A stretch of 63,913 nucleotides of DNA, filler included, from Stramenopiles sp. TOSAG23-2 (lineage: Eukaryota): NCBI GenBank assembly GCA_900128395.1. It is 3 parts of 3 records of this genome, joined end to end, with 100 filler letters (N's around TTAATTAATTAA, not from the genome) between each part and the next. Parts side by side here need not be neighbours in the genome. Positions count along the whole stretch, not along the records: positions 1 to 22,899 come from LT649499.1; positions 23,000 to 45,878 come from LT649500.1; 1 more part is not named here. One strand, given 5' to 3'. The position numbers and the translations under genes are program-made. Positions within the stretch are counted from its first letter, which is position 1. Each line of letters begins with the position of its first letter. The notes under the pieces are model-generated. The model was given only the letters and a program-made list of their open reading frames with translations, was not told the origin of the DNA and made no database searches. This document shows positions 21,901 through 33,727 of the stretch, in pieces.

Positions 21901-22420
21901 GTTCTTTAGAACGTGCTAATGCCTCGGGAACATTTTCACGATCCACGCGCACTGCACGTTGCCTACTGCTAGTACTATTACTTCTACCATTACGTCTCCG
22001 TACTGTGGCTGATTGCGGTCTTTTTTTGTTCCCACGTTTATTTCCACCACGTATACGTTGTGCTGATTGTGGCCTTGCATTATTACTTTTATTTTCACTA
22101 TAGTCTATTTCATCATCGTCATCTTCATCATCCTCGTATGTATAAGTACGTCGTCTACGATTACGTGTTGATACTGGACTACCTCCATCACTATTTAATA
22201 CACCTTCATTATCTTGATCGGTATTTATCCTACGATTTCTGCTTGCAGAGACTGGTCTCCTCCTTCGAGTTCTTTTGGACGAAGAGGTATTTGTTTCATA
22301 TGATTGAATCGAATTGGTATTATTCGTAGGAAAATTACCAGTTTTACTGGATTGTACCAATTCCAAACGTCGACTACGTTTAATATCTGCTTGTAAATTT
22401 TGCCTAGTCTTTGATGACAT
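15995..22420 (-). CDS. 2141-aa multidomain protein: RPxSA-rich N-terminus, two ZT_dimer (cation-efflux C-terminal)-like domains, EF-hand-like pair, long E/K coiled coil, ten WW domains
   Basis: VIDTHILVDSRTTVKQAHKIA...ADVIVHVD and IADVEILVNPNLLMREVH...AEIHLE; MDRSGRGSLSAAQF; ten W..x..YYYN..TG.SQWExP units. Confidence 0.85.
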   Translation of the reverse strand: MSSKTRQNLQADIKRSRRLELVQSSKTGNFPTNNTNSIQSYETNTSSSKRTRRRRPVSASRNRRINTDQDNEGVLNSDGGSPVSTRNRRRRTYTYEDDEDDDDEIDYSENKSNNARPQSAQRIRGGNKRGNKKRPQSATVRRRNGRSNSTSSRQRAVRVDRENVPEALARSKELLEEAREYLLSRTQDTGFELEQMEQQRNSNKLRSGSMNSRKKKRRPQSARRRSSPRKMVRSPQKRRRNMRRPVSAVALSRKNNQKRTMKMRKSKSTQNGNLLKAARGGISSNKRGISKSRKQKMQTIKNNIKRAVTEALLSLDSVLDVGAMKIQNIGDGDVVIDTHILVDSRTTVKQAHKIATRARRCAMRSHDYIADVIVHVDAQQRLFNGRLSADIEEDICSALATVKEIYSVAQANVARAKGRVIADVEILVNPNLLMREVHYVARRARKVVEDVPGVDQAEIHLELADENTIARKHAVDKKRSRARTGSESDRIVNASNMKSANSPQTTTDEEDMYSNNRTRRKLAPPPPRPPMIDTSSHTDSDEENMYADDFDDDVNDDKNGNNDNNNNTGKNNNNSTKNDVLENASKDVIDSYISPQKVYNRNGTSSSSKNKNKNRDPFHSPDPRTMSPASQQSARQSARSQRISSIVQDPSLRQLLRQMNEHILRSVHYRRFKYEKRLVAIGTTIADMDRSGRGSLSAAQFKNGLIKSDCGLSVEDMSLLIELLVGEEKYSGKNSTVRYADVIDALRKLQRLDADGNGSSTEDEKEGQRQAILKYKEYRNKIAEENPAILYQHTENADQGAGENKLNQQKILDGNSGSDENIEYNSPTKSMKKGTNHRIFELSNENRNMDVNTPSPKLTYAEKDRKELEAKLHQLQSEQQQALEEAKKKLELEKEALIEREKKFEDERKAKMEALEEEKRKALEEKERLIKENEEREKKAQEEEMRVKLKQEWLAREQAQQKRLQAEKDKRKREEEEKKQQIEKEKLELEREKLKMEQERKQWEMKQLEEERKRTEKLEREQLEKEKADLAKAMEEEKMRLQKEKEDWEKQQLKELEEAKLKAEKDRLEKEEKARKEYEMQMEKERKAQQELTEKMAQLEARLAIEEAEKEAILKEQEIIRKEELERLKLEQEKREKEKQKQIQEEKLRAEKMRKEKEEYELRIAEEKAALEAEIQKAKDKEEQERIKREEEMAKAEEQKFLLEKKMKEDAEKARLEMEEKIRLEMEEKMKAGAKKALEEAERERAEAQRLRDELDEQERLLKEKEAKVAEEKKRKEEEEEEKERKRKEAEEEEAKKQQLAKKEEEEEEKKRLLAEEEKKQVKLAKVPDTEELTPQVGHSNNVQQQLFSEKELEDDDSEKNLEKDEEQKEEKESIKVDLNNSIRMRRLSRSITIDTDTDLEEQGEIEPYKSPKVLGETNSNAIGIANQVMVVDSVRTTRGGETDRELESGDTFDENSMMPMQSWTGGANNMNSNIANSNGNGENRKWEPIATPTGKNLYWYNWQSGESQWEKPAEVENLPAKNALPLPSTPKTKDYRQAHDLWNILLKRSTVVAVKGDWHQMKDSQTNEHFYHNPKKMISQWELPKNINESAETTSTTGAEQDGMITPKRKTNEDVIWEGIATPMGRNLYYYNWHTGESSWEKPNELKTPQGVKQKARILPSTPKSEDEKAAKKLWSVLVKRAERQRTSGEWGEMLDSQTGEKFYYNETTGTAQWEVPNDWVNPGQHQQALQQQASTTATTGNNNAIHTNKHGKRWEPIATPKGKNLYYYDWHTGHSQWEKPDALKSPEPTESHVLPSNDKDKTMSELSESQQLWDALRHRSKTQRIQGDWLEMLDPHSQERFYYNTSNGTSQWEMPKSLSGGRWEEAHTSTHQSVRSEVWEPVMTPKGRLLYYYNKNTGAAQRQVPVGYDAHTSSQGEHLPSTPGSADLPHTKRLWKVMLSRSRTIQTVNGWAEMIDDATQEVFYHLSTQNISQWEKPPGFDEAAYANTSTHQQRQVAKSKWQPVATPKGKNLYFWNTETGESQWEKPPDYFGDDPNKAQKEQHLESTNQVLPSTPKAGNAVKAKKMWQVLRSRSKAIRVEGNWTEFLDEQTGEYFFYNSVNGTSQWEMPDSMKNTSSTTSAIANNNNSSGGGGSYAIDI

Positions 22421-22899
22421 GTCTGTATTGGTTTTTACTATTTATCTTAATCTCTCTTTTATTTCCTACTATAGTAATATGATGTATTCTTTTGTTTCAT
22501 TTAATATAAAATTTGATTCCATTCTTTCTGTATGAATATATTTTTTATATATATATTACTATTGAACAAAGTTTGTTGGAATAAAATTCTAACTGCCAAA
22601 ACACAAAACAAACAACAACAACAACATTTCGCATCATCATTTTCAACCAAATTCACACCATCGAATGCGTACTTTTATTAGATTTATGTATTCTAAAAAC
22701 AACAAAATTCCTATACTATCAATTCCTATACTATCGGTTGTGTTTCCGTGAACTTTAGCCGTAATAGCATTGGTGCCAACGCATAATAATAATTTAAGGT
22801 ATTTTACACGATTTTTTTTGTCAAAAATAAAAATATTATTATTTGTACAAGAAGATCCAAAAAAATGAATATAAATATATAATTTACAACTAAAACACA

Positions 22900-22999
22900 N
22901 NNNNNNNNNNNNNNNNNNNNNNNNNNNNNNNNNNNNNNNNNNNTTAATTAATTAANNNNNNNNNNNNNNNNNNNNNNNNNNNNNNNNNNNNNNNNNNNN
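22900..22999. other. Artificial contig spacer (N44-TTAATTAATTAA-N44)
   Basis: Exactly 100 nt, with a palindromic all-frame stop linker. Confidence 0.95.
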
Positions 23000-23091
23000 T
23001 CTGGAGAGTAGGAATTATCATGAGTAAATTAAAAAATAAGTTATGCATTATTTTAATTATCTTTAATAATATATATATTTAAATATAAAAA

Positions 23092-26000
23092 TTAATCTTC
23101 AAGTATATCCACATCAGAACTGTCACTTTCATTACGTTTCTTTCTACGTGATATTTTCGCTTTACGTGTTTTCTCAGTCGAACTATCACTCATACTACTA
23201 CTATCATCGCTTTCGCTACTAGAGGATGAGCTTGCTTTTGTATGTTTGTTCGGACGAGACAATAAGCTTAGTTTTTTCATTTTCGTTTCGACTTGGTTAT
23301 TATCTTGACTATCGTTATGTAGTTCATACTGATATTCATCCATGCCGTGTTCACTTAATACGTCCTCTTCAACTTCAAACATTGCTACGTTACTTTGACT
23401 ATTAATTTTGGTATTGTTGTCACTCTTCTTCTTATTTTCTTCTTCTACTTCACTGCTACTCTCACTACTACTACTATTCCTACTACTACTATTATTCCTA
23501 TTATCACCACTACTACTGTTACTGTTGCTGATTCCACTAGAACTAGAACTAAGAGCAATATCCTGACTTTTCTTTCTTCCCGTTCTTTCTTCTTCATCAG
23601 CGTTATCTCCAAGTGCAAAAGAAGTCGTGTCTACGACTTGCTCCAACGTATCACTTCCACTAGCGAAGGAAATATTTTCAGATGATTCATAACCACTTCT
23701 TTCACTATCATCTCCTATACCAACGCTACTGTTGCTGGAATTTGAAGACGACAATGGAGAAGAGGATGCATCACTAGATGAGGATGACCCAATATTGCTA
23801 CTGCTAGTATTTGAATATCCATCCAAGTCAGAGCTACTATCTGTTGATAAATCAGGAAGTAAATTATCTGTATCATGTTTTTCTAGCAATTCATTGGTGT
23901 CCTTATGTCCATGTTTATGATGGTGGTGATGATGCCCATGTTTTTTTTCATTACTAATCGTCTTATTTCCATATTCTTTATTTAGCTTCCGAATTTTTGT
24001 AATATCAAACGCTTTGTTTTTCTTCTTGTTAGTCTCTAATGGGGCAACTTTCGAAAAAACGTTGGTGCTTTTATTAAATAATTTATTTAATTTATCCTGC
24101 TTTGCTTTATTTCTAGAATCTTCAACAATTTTATGTTTGAATCCTTTCAACTTAGACCACATAATTTGACGCTTTGTTTTCTTTTTTCTACGAGAAGTCT
24201 TAATTTCCCATCCAAGTGCACAGACAAAGTAAATTAAACTTAACGCTATGATTACTAAGCTTGTGTATGTAAGAACTGTACCTCGTAACGGTTTTGAACC
24301 GTCACTTAAAAATGGTGAATCAAACATGATCCCAGCCAAGCCTTTTTTTATAAAAAAGGTAATAATACGAACTTGTTAGAGAATTTGTTTTTTCTTTTCC
24401 CAAGAATAGTTATGCACCAGGAAGAAACATAAAAGTTGGAAAAACAAAATTGTGGGGGATATCGAAAAGAAAATATTTCTTACTTACATAGTATAACGGC
24501 ACATGCCAGTAAAATTAATTCCACTGAATTCAAATTAAATAAATCTTGCCGATGCTGCGCAATAATTCTATCCTGTTCATCAATTTGTAAACGCATTTGA
24601 TGCATTAACTTGGCGTACGAATCTCCAGACGCTCTTACAAGCATAGATTGGCGCTCGAGCCTTAAAATCTCTTCCAATATCTTGCTTTCCGCTTCTTGGC
24701 GCATTAAACGCGCCTTTTCCTTGCTATCTAAAAATGGCAAAGCTTTAACTTGCATGATGAACGAAGCAAACATTATACTTAACGTACCGGCCATTTGATA
24801 TGTTGGATTTTCTCGAAACATAACTCCGACTGCACAAAGTAACAATTTTCGAATTAAAATAAATGTTGACCACAAGTAAAATTGCGGTTGATACATACTG
24901 TACATTTGACCACATGTTTTACGTAACGTTAAATTTTTATTGCGTGCAAACGTGTCTCCGAGACCATGTACTCGCAGCCACTGATCAGCCATGACACGTT
25001 TACGTAACAAATAAAAGGCTACGCCTATCCCTCCTGGCATACCGAATCCATAAATTATTATTACCAGAATTGCATAAGGGGTTAGCTTTGATTGCATGCT
25101 GCCTTCAATATAACATTTCTCCAATGGTCTTGATGCCATGTAATAAATGCCAGTGGAAGGAATCGTAGTCTGGCAGTTTAAAATATCAAATGCAGCGCGA
25201 CAAACAGTGAGATACAAAAAATACACCAAAGTCATAGTCAAAGAAATTGCCACAGTGAACCTTGGAATCTGTCGCGTTGTACTTAATTTTTTTCTATCCA
25301 GAGAACGTCTATATTTCTCGCTGATCATGTACAAAATCCCTTTGTAAAGCGTTTCTAATAAAAAGGAAGTAAAAAGCATGCTACCTACTATGCCCCCAGC
25401 TATAAATGGCAAAGAAACTTTGAAATAAAATTTTGTCTCGTAAGTGACGAGGCTTCTTAGTGCGCCTACGTGTGTATTGATGTTAAAATACCCATCATTT
25501 GGCATGCATGAATGATCAAGTATATGATGTTAGTGGTTATTGAAATAGATTACTAGGAAGTTGTGTAAAATTTAGACTTAAAACACTAAGATTGTAGTGG
25601 TTATTGAAATAGATTACGAGGAAGCTGTGTCAAATTTAGAGTTAAAGCACTAAGCTGGCGATGTACTTACATTCTGGACCAACTAAATCAATATCCATTT
25701 GAAAAAATTGAAACCATTTAAATATGAAATTTATCTCAATAGGCCAAGCAACTTTTGCAGTTCTAAACATCGCTAATACTTGGAAGTAATCAATTCCTAT
25801 TCTCAGGACATTTCGATCAATTTTCGATTTGGATAAAACAACCATGGCTACAATACCAATTATACATGCGAATCCCATGATAACTGGCATTAGCCAAGGA
25901 ATTTCTGGGCATGCTATGCATATTCCGTCCAGCCTAAAATGAGGGTTGGATTCTGAAATATCACATAATCCACATCGAGGTGCAAAACATGTCGAATCAG

Positions 26001-29000
26001 GCAAAGTATAATGTAATGGATCGCAAGCGCCGTCATTTCGATATGGCTCATAGTACGAAACATATCCAAAAGCACATTGTCCATTACCAACGCAAGAGCT
26101 AGATGGTTCACATGGCATTACGTACGGGCAGGTTGTTCTAGATGCGGATGAAAAGTATCCTAAAGTGTTAAATCGAGATATAGTTCCATTATATCGATGG
26201 GGATGGCATCGTTCTCCTGGAAACAATGCATTTTCACAATGTATTGGACGCACATAAATGCTACTTGCATGCAACAACATTGTCAAGTTACGTTCTACCT
26301 CCCCAGCAATTAAATTTAATAATTTCAACTCAACCGAATTAAGCACTAACACGCTGTATGAAATAATTGCTTCTGGAAATGTATTTGCATGGTGGGTAGT
26401 ACTTTTTTGATTACCGGTATTTATCTGTAATATGATTTGAACAATATCATTTTCGTTATAAGAATGACTCGTCTCCGTTCTTAAAACGAGTTGACCTGCT
26501 ACAGAGAAGCGAGTGGATATTATGGAAACAGGATTGCATTCTTTAGGTATCCAATTATATTTATCAATAATCTGCTTTCCATCGAAAAGACATTTGCTTT
26601 TCGTGCCTATATACAGATTTCCCAGGTAATACAATAGTATTTAGAAGATTGTGTTAGTGGGAGAAAACATTTAGAAAATCAATTATTATACTATACCCAT
26701 AAGGTTATGATAGATCTACTTACATTCTGGAGGAGGAAGAATCGCAAATCCATTTTTTGCCACCGGCTCTGACATTCCAACGCCGGATACAAATTCTCCA
26801 GAGCATTCCGTTGCATACATCTTCAGTTCACCACCTTCTACAGCGTTCGCGTATTTTGTTTGTTGTTTGAAATGCCAACACGATACACAATGTTCCCCAT
26901 ACAAGCCATAATAGTTCTTGAAACATCGGGCATACAACGCATTGCTACTGCGACTGCTAGGAGACTGCAAGGATACAGTTTTATGAGCCACAGTTATAAT
27001 TAGCGATTTCTCTCCAATACGCGTTTCCTGTGGGACACACGACAAGTAGGGTCTTCCTGAGTTTGGCCAAGGATGATTTAATTTTTCCGTATCGCTCCAA
27101 CCATGATGCCGTGTCTCGAGACATTCTTGTCCACCGATAGTAATTTTTACCGGAGTTTTCCTTTCTCCAAAATTTTCTCCTAAGAAGAATAGGTAAAACC
27201 CCCCAGCTTTTGATCCACCTTTTGTGATATATATATAAATTTTTATTTTTAAGTATAATAGAGATCTTTGTTAGTACAACTCATACAACAAATGATAAAG
27301 ATTTCTTCGATAATACTATATATATATATATCATATGTACATGGATAGAAAGAAACAAAAAATAGCAAAAAAGAAAAAGAAATTTTAGGTTAATCGGAAA
27401 GGAAGCTCAATAATAGTACCTACCTTGCGCATCAAATGTATTCGATATTTTTGCAGTTTGTAAAGATTTTCCAAACACTATATTATCTAAACGTGGTATA
27501 TCATATGTTATTTCAAACGGTAAAGATGGTCGATCAAATTTGTTCACATCATATGTTATACTATAGACTATAATATTTGTTTTATGAATTCCAGGTTCCA
27601 AATAGACCTGGAGCATTGTATGGGTAGAGTTAATGACAGTACCATACGTTTTCATTCCTGTTGCATCATGAAACTCTACTTGGCTGCGCCCAATGCGACC
27701 AAAATTTGCGCCATGAATCACTATTATGGCCCTTCTTTCGCATAGGACGCCAATATTGTTCGGACCAATGTCTTTCTCAAACGACAAGCAGCCACTAGTT
27801 GGCATCGTGGTATATTCATCAGCCTCTTGCATTGCAATTATTGAATCGATAACAGGTGTATCATAATTGATAAATATTGTTTCTGAAAATCCAATTTGGT
27901 GTGAAACGTTAATATATATCGTTAGGTTCAAACCTTCTCCTGGTGGTATCGTTATGTTAATTTGCATGTGATCTACTTCCATGGTTTGAACCAATATGTT
28001 TCTATCCAATGGTCCAATTTGTATTGTGATATCCCTCCCGATTCCAAAATTGTCCCCGTACAAAGTTGCAACCGCGGCGTCTCCATTCTGCATATAACCC
28101 GAAGTTGGGAACTGAAGCATATTGCTTTTGAAAGAATAGATCCTTGGCGCGCTGTAATCAAATGTATTATCCGCCGTATTCGTGATTTCATTTAGAACTT
28201 GAAGGTAAATTTCTTGACCACGGCCTTGTCCTGGAGCCGCTAAAACGGCAATGACTTGATGAGTCACAGATTGTATAGATGCAGGCCTGTTGCCTATAAA
28301 TACCATCACCATTTCTTTGTAAATTCCAAAGTTAGATCCGTATATAAATACAACGTAGCCCCCAACAGTCCTCGTATTTTTTCCAAGATCAACGTTTGTG
28401 ATCATTGGATGCCCATGGCGTACGTAAAATGTGTCACTTTCTGCATTTGCATCGTGTCTAGCGCTGAATTGCCCATTTACGTCTAGTGTTATAGGTTGTG
28501 AGGTGTGTCTTACTCCTGCTGGAAGGCGGGTTTTCACTTCATAGAACCCATTAATTTTATTAAAATGCATACTGAAGACATCAAGTGAAATATTCCCCCA
28601 TGAAATGCTTACGAAGCTTATGTCGCTACCAAAGTTCTTGCCAAATATGCTTATGTTTCGTCCTTGCGTAGGAATACTCAACCCGCAAATCTGCAACGAA
28701 TAATCCCATATACAATGAGGCAGGGGAATACACGTAAACTCAGTAAATTTACATGCACATTCATCTACATAGACCACATCATCAAAGCAAGTCGCGATGT
28801 CCTCGTGGCTAATTGCGTGCGAAGTGTTGACTCGCTTACTTATATTTGTTTCTCCATCGTCAACGTGTCCGGGGAGCATACTCGTCTCATCATATTCATC
28901 GCTCTGATACAAAAGTAATTGTCTGATACTTGGAAAACGATATGCAACTGCATATGGTGGACTTAAATATTTGCCCCATTTTAGTTGAACGGGGACAGTG

Positions 29001-32000
29001 TTATTTTCCCCAGGTGGCATCTTACATTTTACTTGAAGACTCTGTGTTGCAGAATGAAAAATAGTCGGGGTTACTATCCTACATATTTTCTTAAGTTCAT
29101 TTTTCATATTCGTTGGCCCAACAAATACTTGTAAATCTATATTGCCGCTCTCATCGAAGCCCGCGCCGCAGTTTTTGCATTCAAATATCAAATGCCCTAC
29201 CCCCGTCCGATCACTGTATCCTGTTGTAGAAAATATCACAGGAGTAGCAGCTATGTTTTGCATTGTCGTGTCACTAGCTTCGTCATTGTAGACAATATCA
29301 AAAAATTGGCACGATGGGAGATTTTCTTGACCTAAGACGCGGCATTCCAATGGGAGATGCCCAAACCCCTCCTTGTCATAGTATATTTGCTCTCCTGTTG
29401 TAAAAATTTCGTCTGATTTCATGTATAACGAATTATCATTTTTAGTTGCAGCACGTAAAATTACAGGTGAAAGTTGCTGGAAATTTACAAGAGCGGAAGA
29501 AACTCCAGCTCTTTTGACTGATACTGTACCAGCAACTCCAAAATATTCAACGTGAACTTCACTGTGGTCATAAGAAATTACATAGGATCCAGAAGAAGGA
29601 ATATTTCCATCTACACTAATAAATGGCAATTCTTCTTCTTCGCCATTCTCAGAATGAGTTACAACGATACCCCGTTGGCCAAAATTTTGACCGGCTATAT
29701 GCACATGTCTTGAAATGGTAGTACTCCCATCTGTAACGTAGATTTGATTTATAACTGGATCCTTGAATTGGATATCAAACCACGATGAGTACAGCTCTAC
29801 ACCGGCATATGTTTTAACCTTGACCTTCACGGAAAACAATGGGTTGCATACGATACATTCCAGCACTGGAGAACGGAAGGCTATTGTGTGCATACCGTAT
29901 TCAAGGACTCTTGAAAAATAAATGCCGTTTTCACTTTTGGTTCTATCAATATCAGCTTCATAAAAAAAATTTTGATATTTTATTTTGACATTAGTAAATA
30001 CTGGATTGCTGGAAGAATCTGCAAGTCCAAAATTAGATCCTTCAAGCTGCACCACCTCGGAGCCAAATGTCTGGACGGATATTGGGTTGGCACCTAAAAT
30101 AACTGGGGCAGCATATGACGTGCGGCCGTCCGTCGTAATTAGACTAGTTTGACCCAATATGGTTACACGCCATATCAAATTAATTCCAAATCCAGGGACC
30201 GTCTTACACCTTATGAGGGTATGACTTATTAAGATACAGTCCGCAACATATTCAGAACCGTCTTCTCCGTAAGTGACAGATTCTAAAAAGGAGTCGGAAG
30301 AGGTTAAATTTGGGCCGAAGTTGCTGCCATGGATATCAACCAATTGATTCCCATCTTCCACAGCCTCCTGGCTTCCGGGTCCAACAATACTAGAAATTAT
30401 GGGCCGGGCATACGTCGTTGTTGCTACTACACTTGGTTGACCATCAAGCATAAGCTGCAGTAAATATGCAAACCCCGCCCCTTCCATCGTGAAACATGTA
30501 ATTTCAGTATGTGCTTTTGTAACGGAACATGTTGATGCTATGAAATTTCTATTTGAAACTAATGCATCGTTGTTGTCATACAATGTGCCATAAACTAATT
30601 CTGCTCCATATGCTACCGAGGGATGTTTCGTAGGATGATTGGCAACGCCAAAGTTGTTTCCTACAATTAGCAGTTTGTCACCCCCGGTAGTTTTTCCAGA
30701 TAAGAATGGCTGCCCATCGTTTTGGAGTATTTCATATATAATTGGAGGGCCGTATGAAGTAGATGCATGAAATAATATGTCGTCAGGCATTTGTCCGGCA
30801 ATTGATATTTTCCATGAATGGTTTTTTCCTGTCCCAGGCGCAGTTAAACAAGTTAACTTGATAGTCTTAACAGATACCTGACAAACTGCATTGTAAGGGG
30901 GATACTGCACGTTGTTTGGGTCCCATGCATCCGGGAAAACACCATATTCAGCTTTTATGTAAGAGGAAGAAGTTGCATCGACTGGACCAAAAAAGTCCCC
31001 TTCAAAGTAAATTTCCTGTCCTCCGGCTGAAGCAGCTTGTAATGCCCCTGGACCAGAGGCTTTAAAAAATATAGGATTTGAATATTTCGTTACGTTTTTT
31101 GACCAATCACTAATTACATTTTCGCCATGTGAAATTCTGTAAGAATGATCAAAACCGACACCTTCAACAGATTTGCATATGATCCTTGTGTGTGGTACAA
31201 CGACGTTACATCCAGTTGCCTCATATTGGATTAAATTGACAGAAGAGGAAATGGTTGCAGAATTAATACCAACTTGTTCTTCTACTACATTTTTTGAATA
31301 AACTACGGTTACCAAAGGTGGAGCAACGTTTCTCGTCCCAATACATCCATACCAGGCTGATGCAGATGTGCCAAAATTCTTGCCAATAATTTCTATATTT
31401 TCACCCCCTCTCGTGTCTAGTGATGGTGAGAAGAGATTTATCTGTTCAATCACTGGTCTGCCATATGATGTTGTAGAAACGCTTGGAAGGCTAATCCTAC
31501 CGTAACCTACCCATATTGTCCATCGATGATCTTTACCTCTACCTTCGTTAGTTGTACACATAATTTCTGTATGTGCTACAAGAACGGTGCATTCCTTGGC
31601 ACAGATACCTACACCATCCGGACCGTACTCAGCAAGTATTTGAAAAGTAATATTTGCAGGACCAAGATTAATCCCAACCAATACCACTTCTTCATCTCCA
31701 CTCGTTGCTAATAAGGGATTAGCGCGAAGATAATCTATAGAGGGTAAAGAGTACGAAACAGTCATACTAGGATCGACTGGATATATCCAAAACTCTTCGT
31801 TATCATTAAAAAGTTTTTTTATCCTGATGTATAATCTATGGCTAGAACCGTGCCCTTCCGGGGTTTCACAATCAAAGCGCGTATTGCCTATCCCAAATTC
31901 GTTTACTATCTCACACGATTCAATCACGTTTGAAAAAATCAAATTCGGACCAATTAATGGTATGTGTTCATTGCTCATAAGCAATTGTACTACGTTTTCC

Positions 32001-33696
32001 TGATTCCCTATAATGCCAAAATTAGTCCCAGTCACACTAATGGTTTGCCCGCCCACTGTTGCCATTGTCCCTTGCACCCCGCCTACTACATCTACTATTT
32101 GTACACTAGTCACACTTATGTCGTTTGTATCTATTACACGTATTGCTACCATTTTGTTCGCGAGATTTCCGCTAGAATCGCGAATTTGAAGCAACAGAGA
32201 AAAGGATTGACACAATTCATAATCCAAAGCTTTACTCACTTTGATAGACATATCAAAGGGCGCAGACTCGTTTCTTGTAATACTGAAGTATGATGGGTCG
32301 ACACAAATATTGCCAATACCAGCTAAACTTGCACTAGAAGATGGAGATAGTAGAAACATCGTATGCTCGTCTTGAAAATCTTCGTCGAAAAATTTGATTG
32401 CACCAACCACGGTATTCAACGGAGAATCTTCTTGAACAGCGTAAGGGATTTTTAATAATTCGATTTGTGGGCTTTCATTGACATTTTCTAAATGGACACG
32501 CAAACGACCAGGAATTGAATAAAATGGTTCGTCATGTACTTTCACGGCATGGATGTGTCGTCCTTTTAATTCGAAATTTAGAAATTTGTTTGTTTTATTT
32601 GCTTGTTGATAACCGGCATACATTTGCCCATCAGTAGCAACAACTAGCGGCGATCCACTGTAATCCATATTCAAGACTTCGTAATTTAAATCTGCATGTT
32701 CTGGATCGTACGTATACAATGGTATACCAACCATGGTTCCGCTGGCAGTATTTTCCCTAATGGTTCTTAAATTATCAATTGCATCAGGTGGTTCGGGGGT
32801 GTCATTGATTTCGACAGTAATTTTTGCTATATCAGTCAATGGATTATCACACGTTGCGCAATCCAGTACTTGAACTTTAAGAATAAATTTTTTATCCCAA
32901 TTGTATGTTTCGCCAATCATTTCATAATTGATACTATGAGTAGTTTGAACAAAATAATCATGGTCATTTAAAATAATCATGGTAAAGTACGACTTACCCC
33001 ATGCCGGTGTTACATCTAATAGTTTATATGAAAATGTCTGTGCTGGGAAATCAGGATTTACTATGCACGGCAAAGAGTTTGAATGACAATCTTCATTACA
33101 TGGACTATAACTACCATCGCCACAAAGCATATCTTTATCCCTTGCATGCAGTGGCCCGAAGACATTGTAACCAACTACTCCACCTCGATATATACCACTT
33201 AAAATGCTAGACCCAACATAATACGAAAACGATTTGTTTGTAACTGGTAGATTTAGTAGAATCATTTTATTAGCCCCGTCAACACTATTCAAATTTCCTT
33301 CGTTTTCGATATTTTCAAATTTGCTAGTGGACGAATTATAGACTCTTAAATATGTAGGGACCCCATAAATATATACTTTTCTAGTAGGTATTTGCATCGG
33401 ACCTTTCAAAAATACCGTCGCAATAGTACCATCAACAACTATATAATCGATATTCCCAACGTTTTCGTTTAAAGTTTCGAATGAATCTTCTAGAACGGGC
33501 GCGGAGTTATTCGCCGTCACTTCCAGCTTAATTCCAGACACAATTCCACCACACGTTAGGTCATTTGAATCGCAGAATGCACCTTCGGCATCAGATACTC
33601 GAACACCAATGACAAATCCTTATGAATTGAATAATGTTCGTAAATATATAAAGTAGTAAAATGACACATTGTTAGTTATTGTATTTTTTTGTGAAA

Positions 33697-33727
<31 letters not shown>

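Noticed and set aside
17991-22103. Long + strand ORFs (301, 285, 222 aa)
   Set aside because: Antisense shadows of the low-complexity coiled-coil gene; Ser/Phe-rich and not protein-like.
22944-22955. TTAATTAATTAA palindrome (also 45923-45934)
   Set aside because: Artificial linker in N spacers, not biological.
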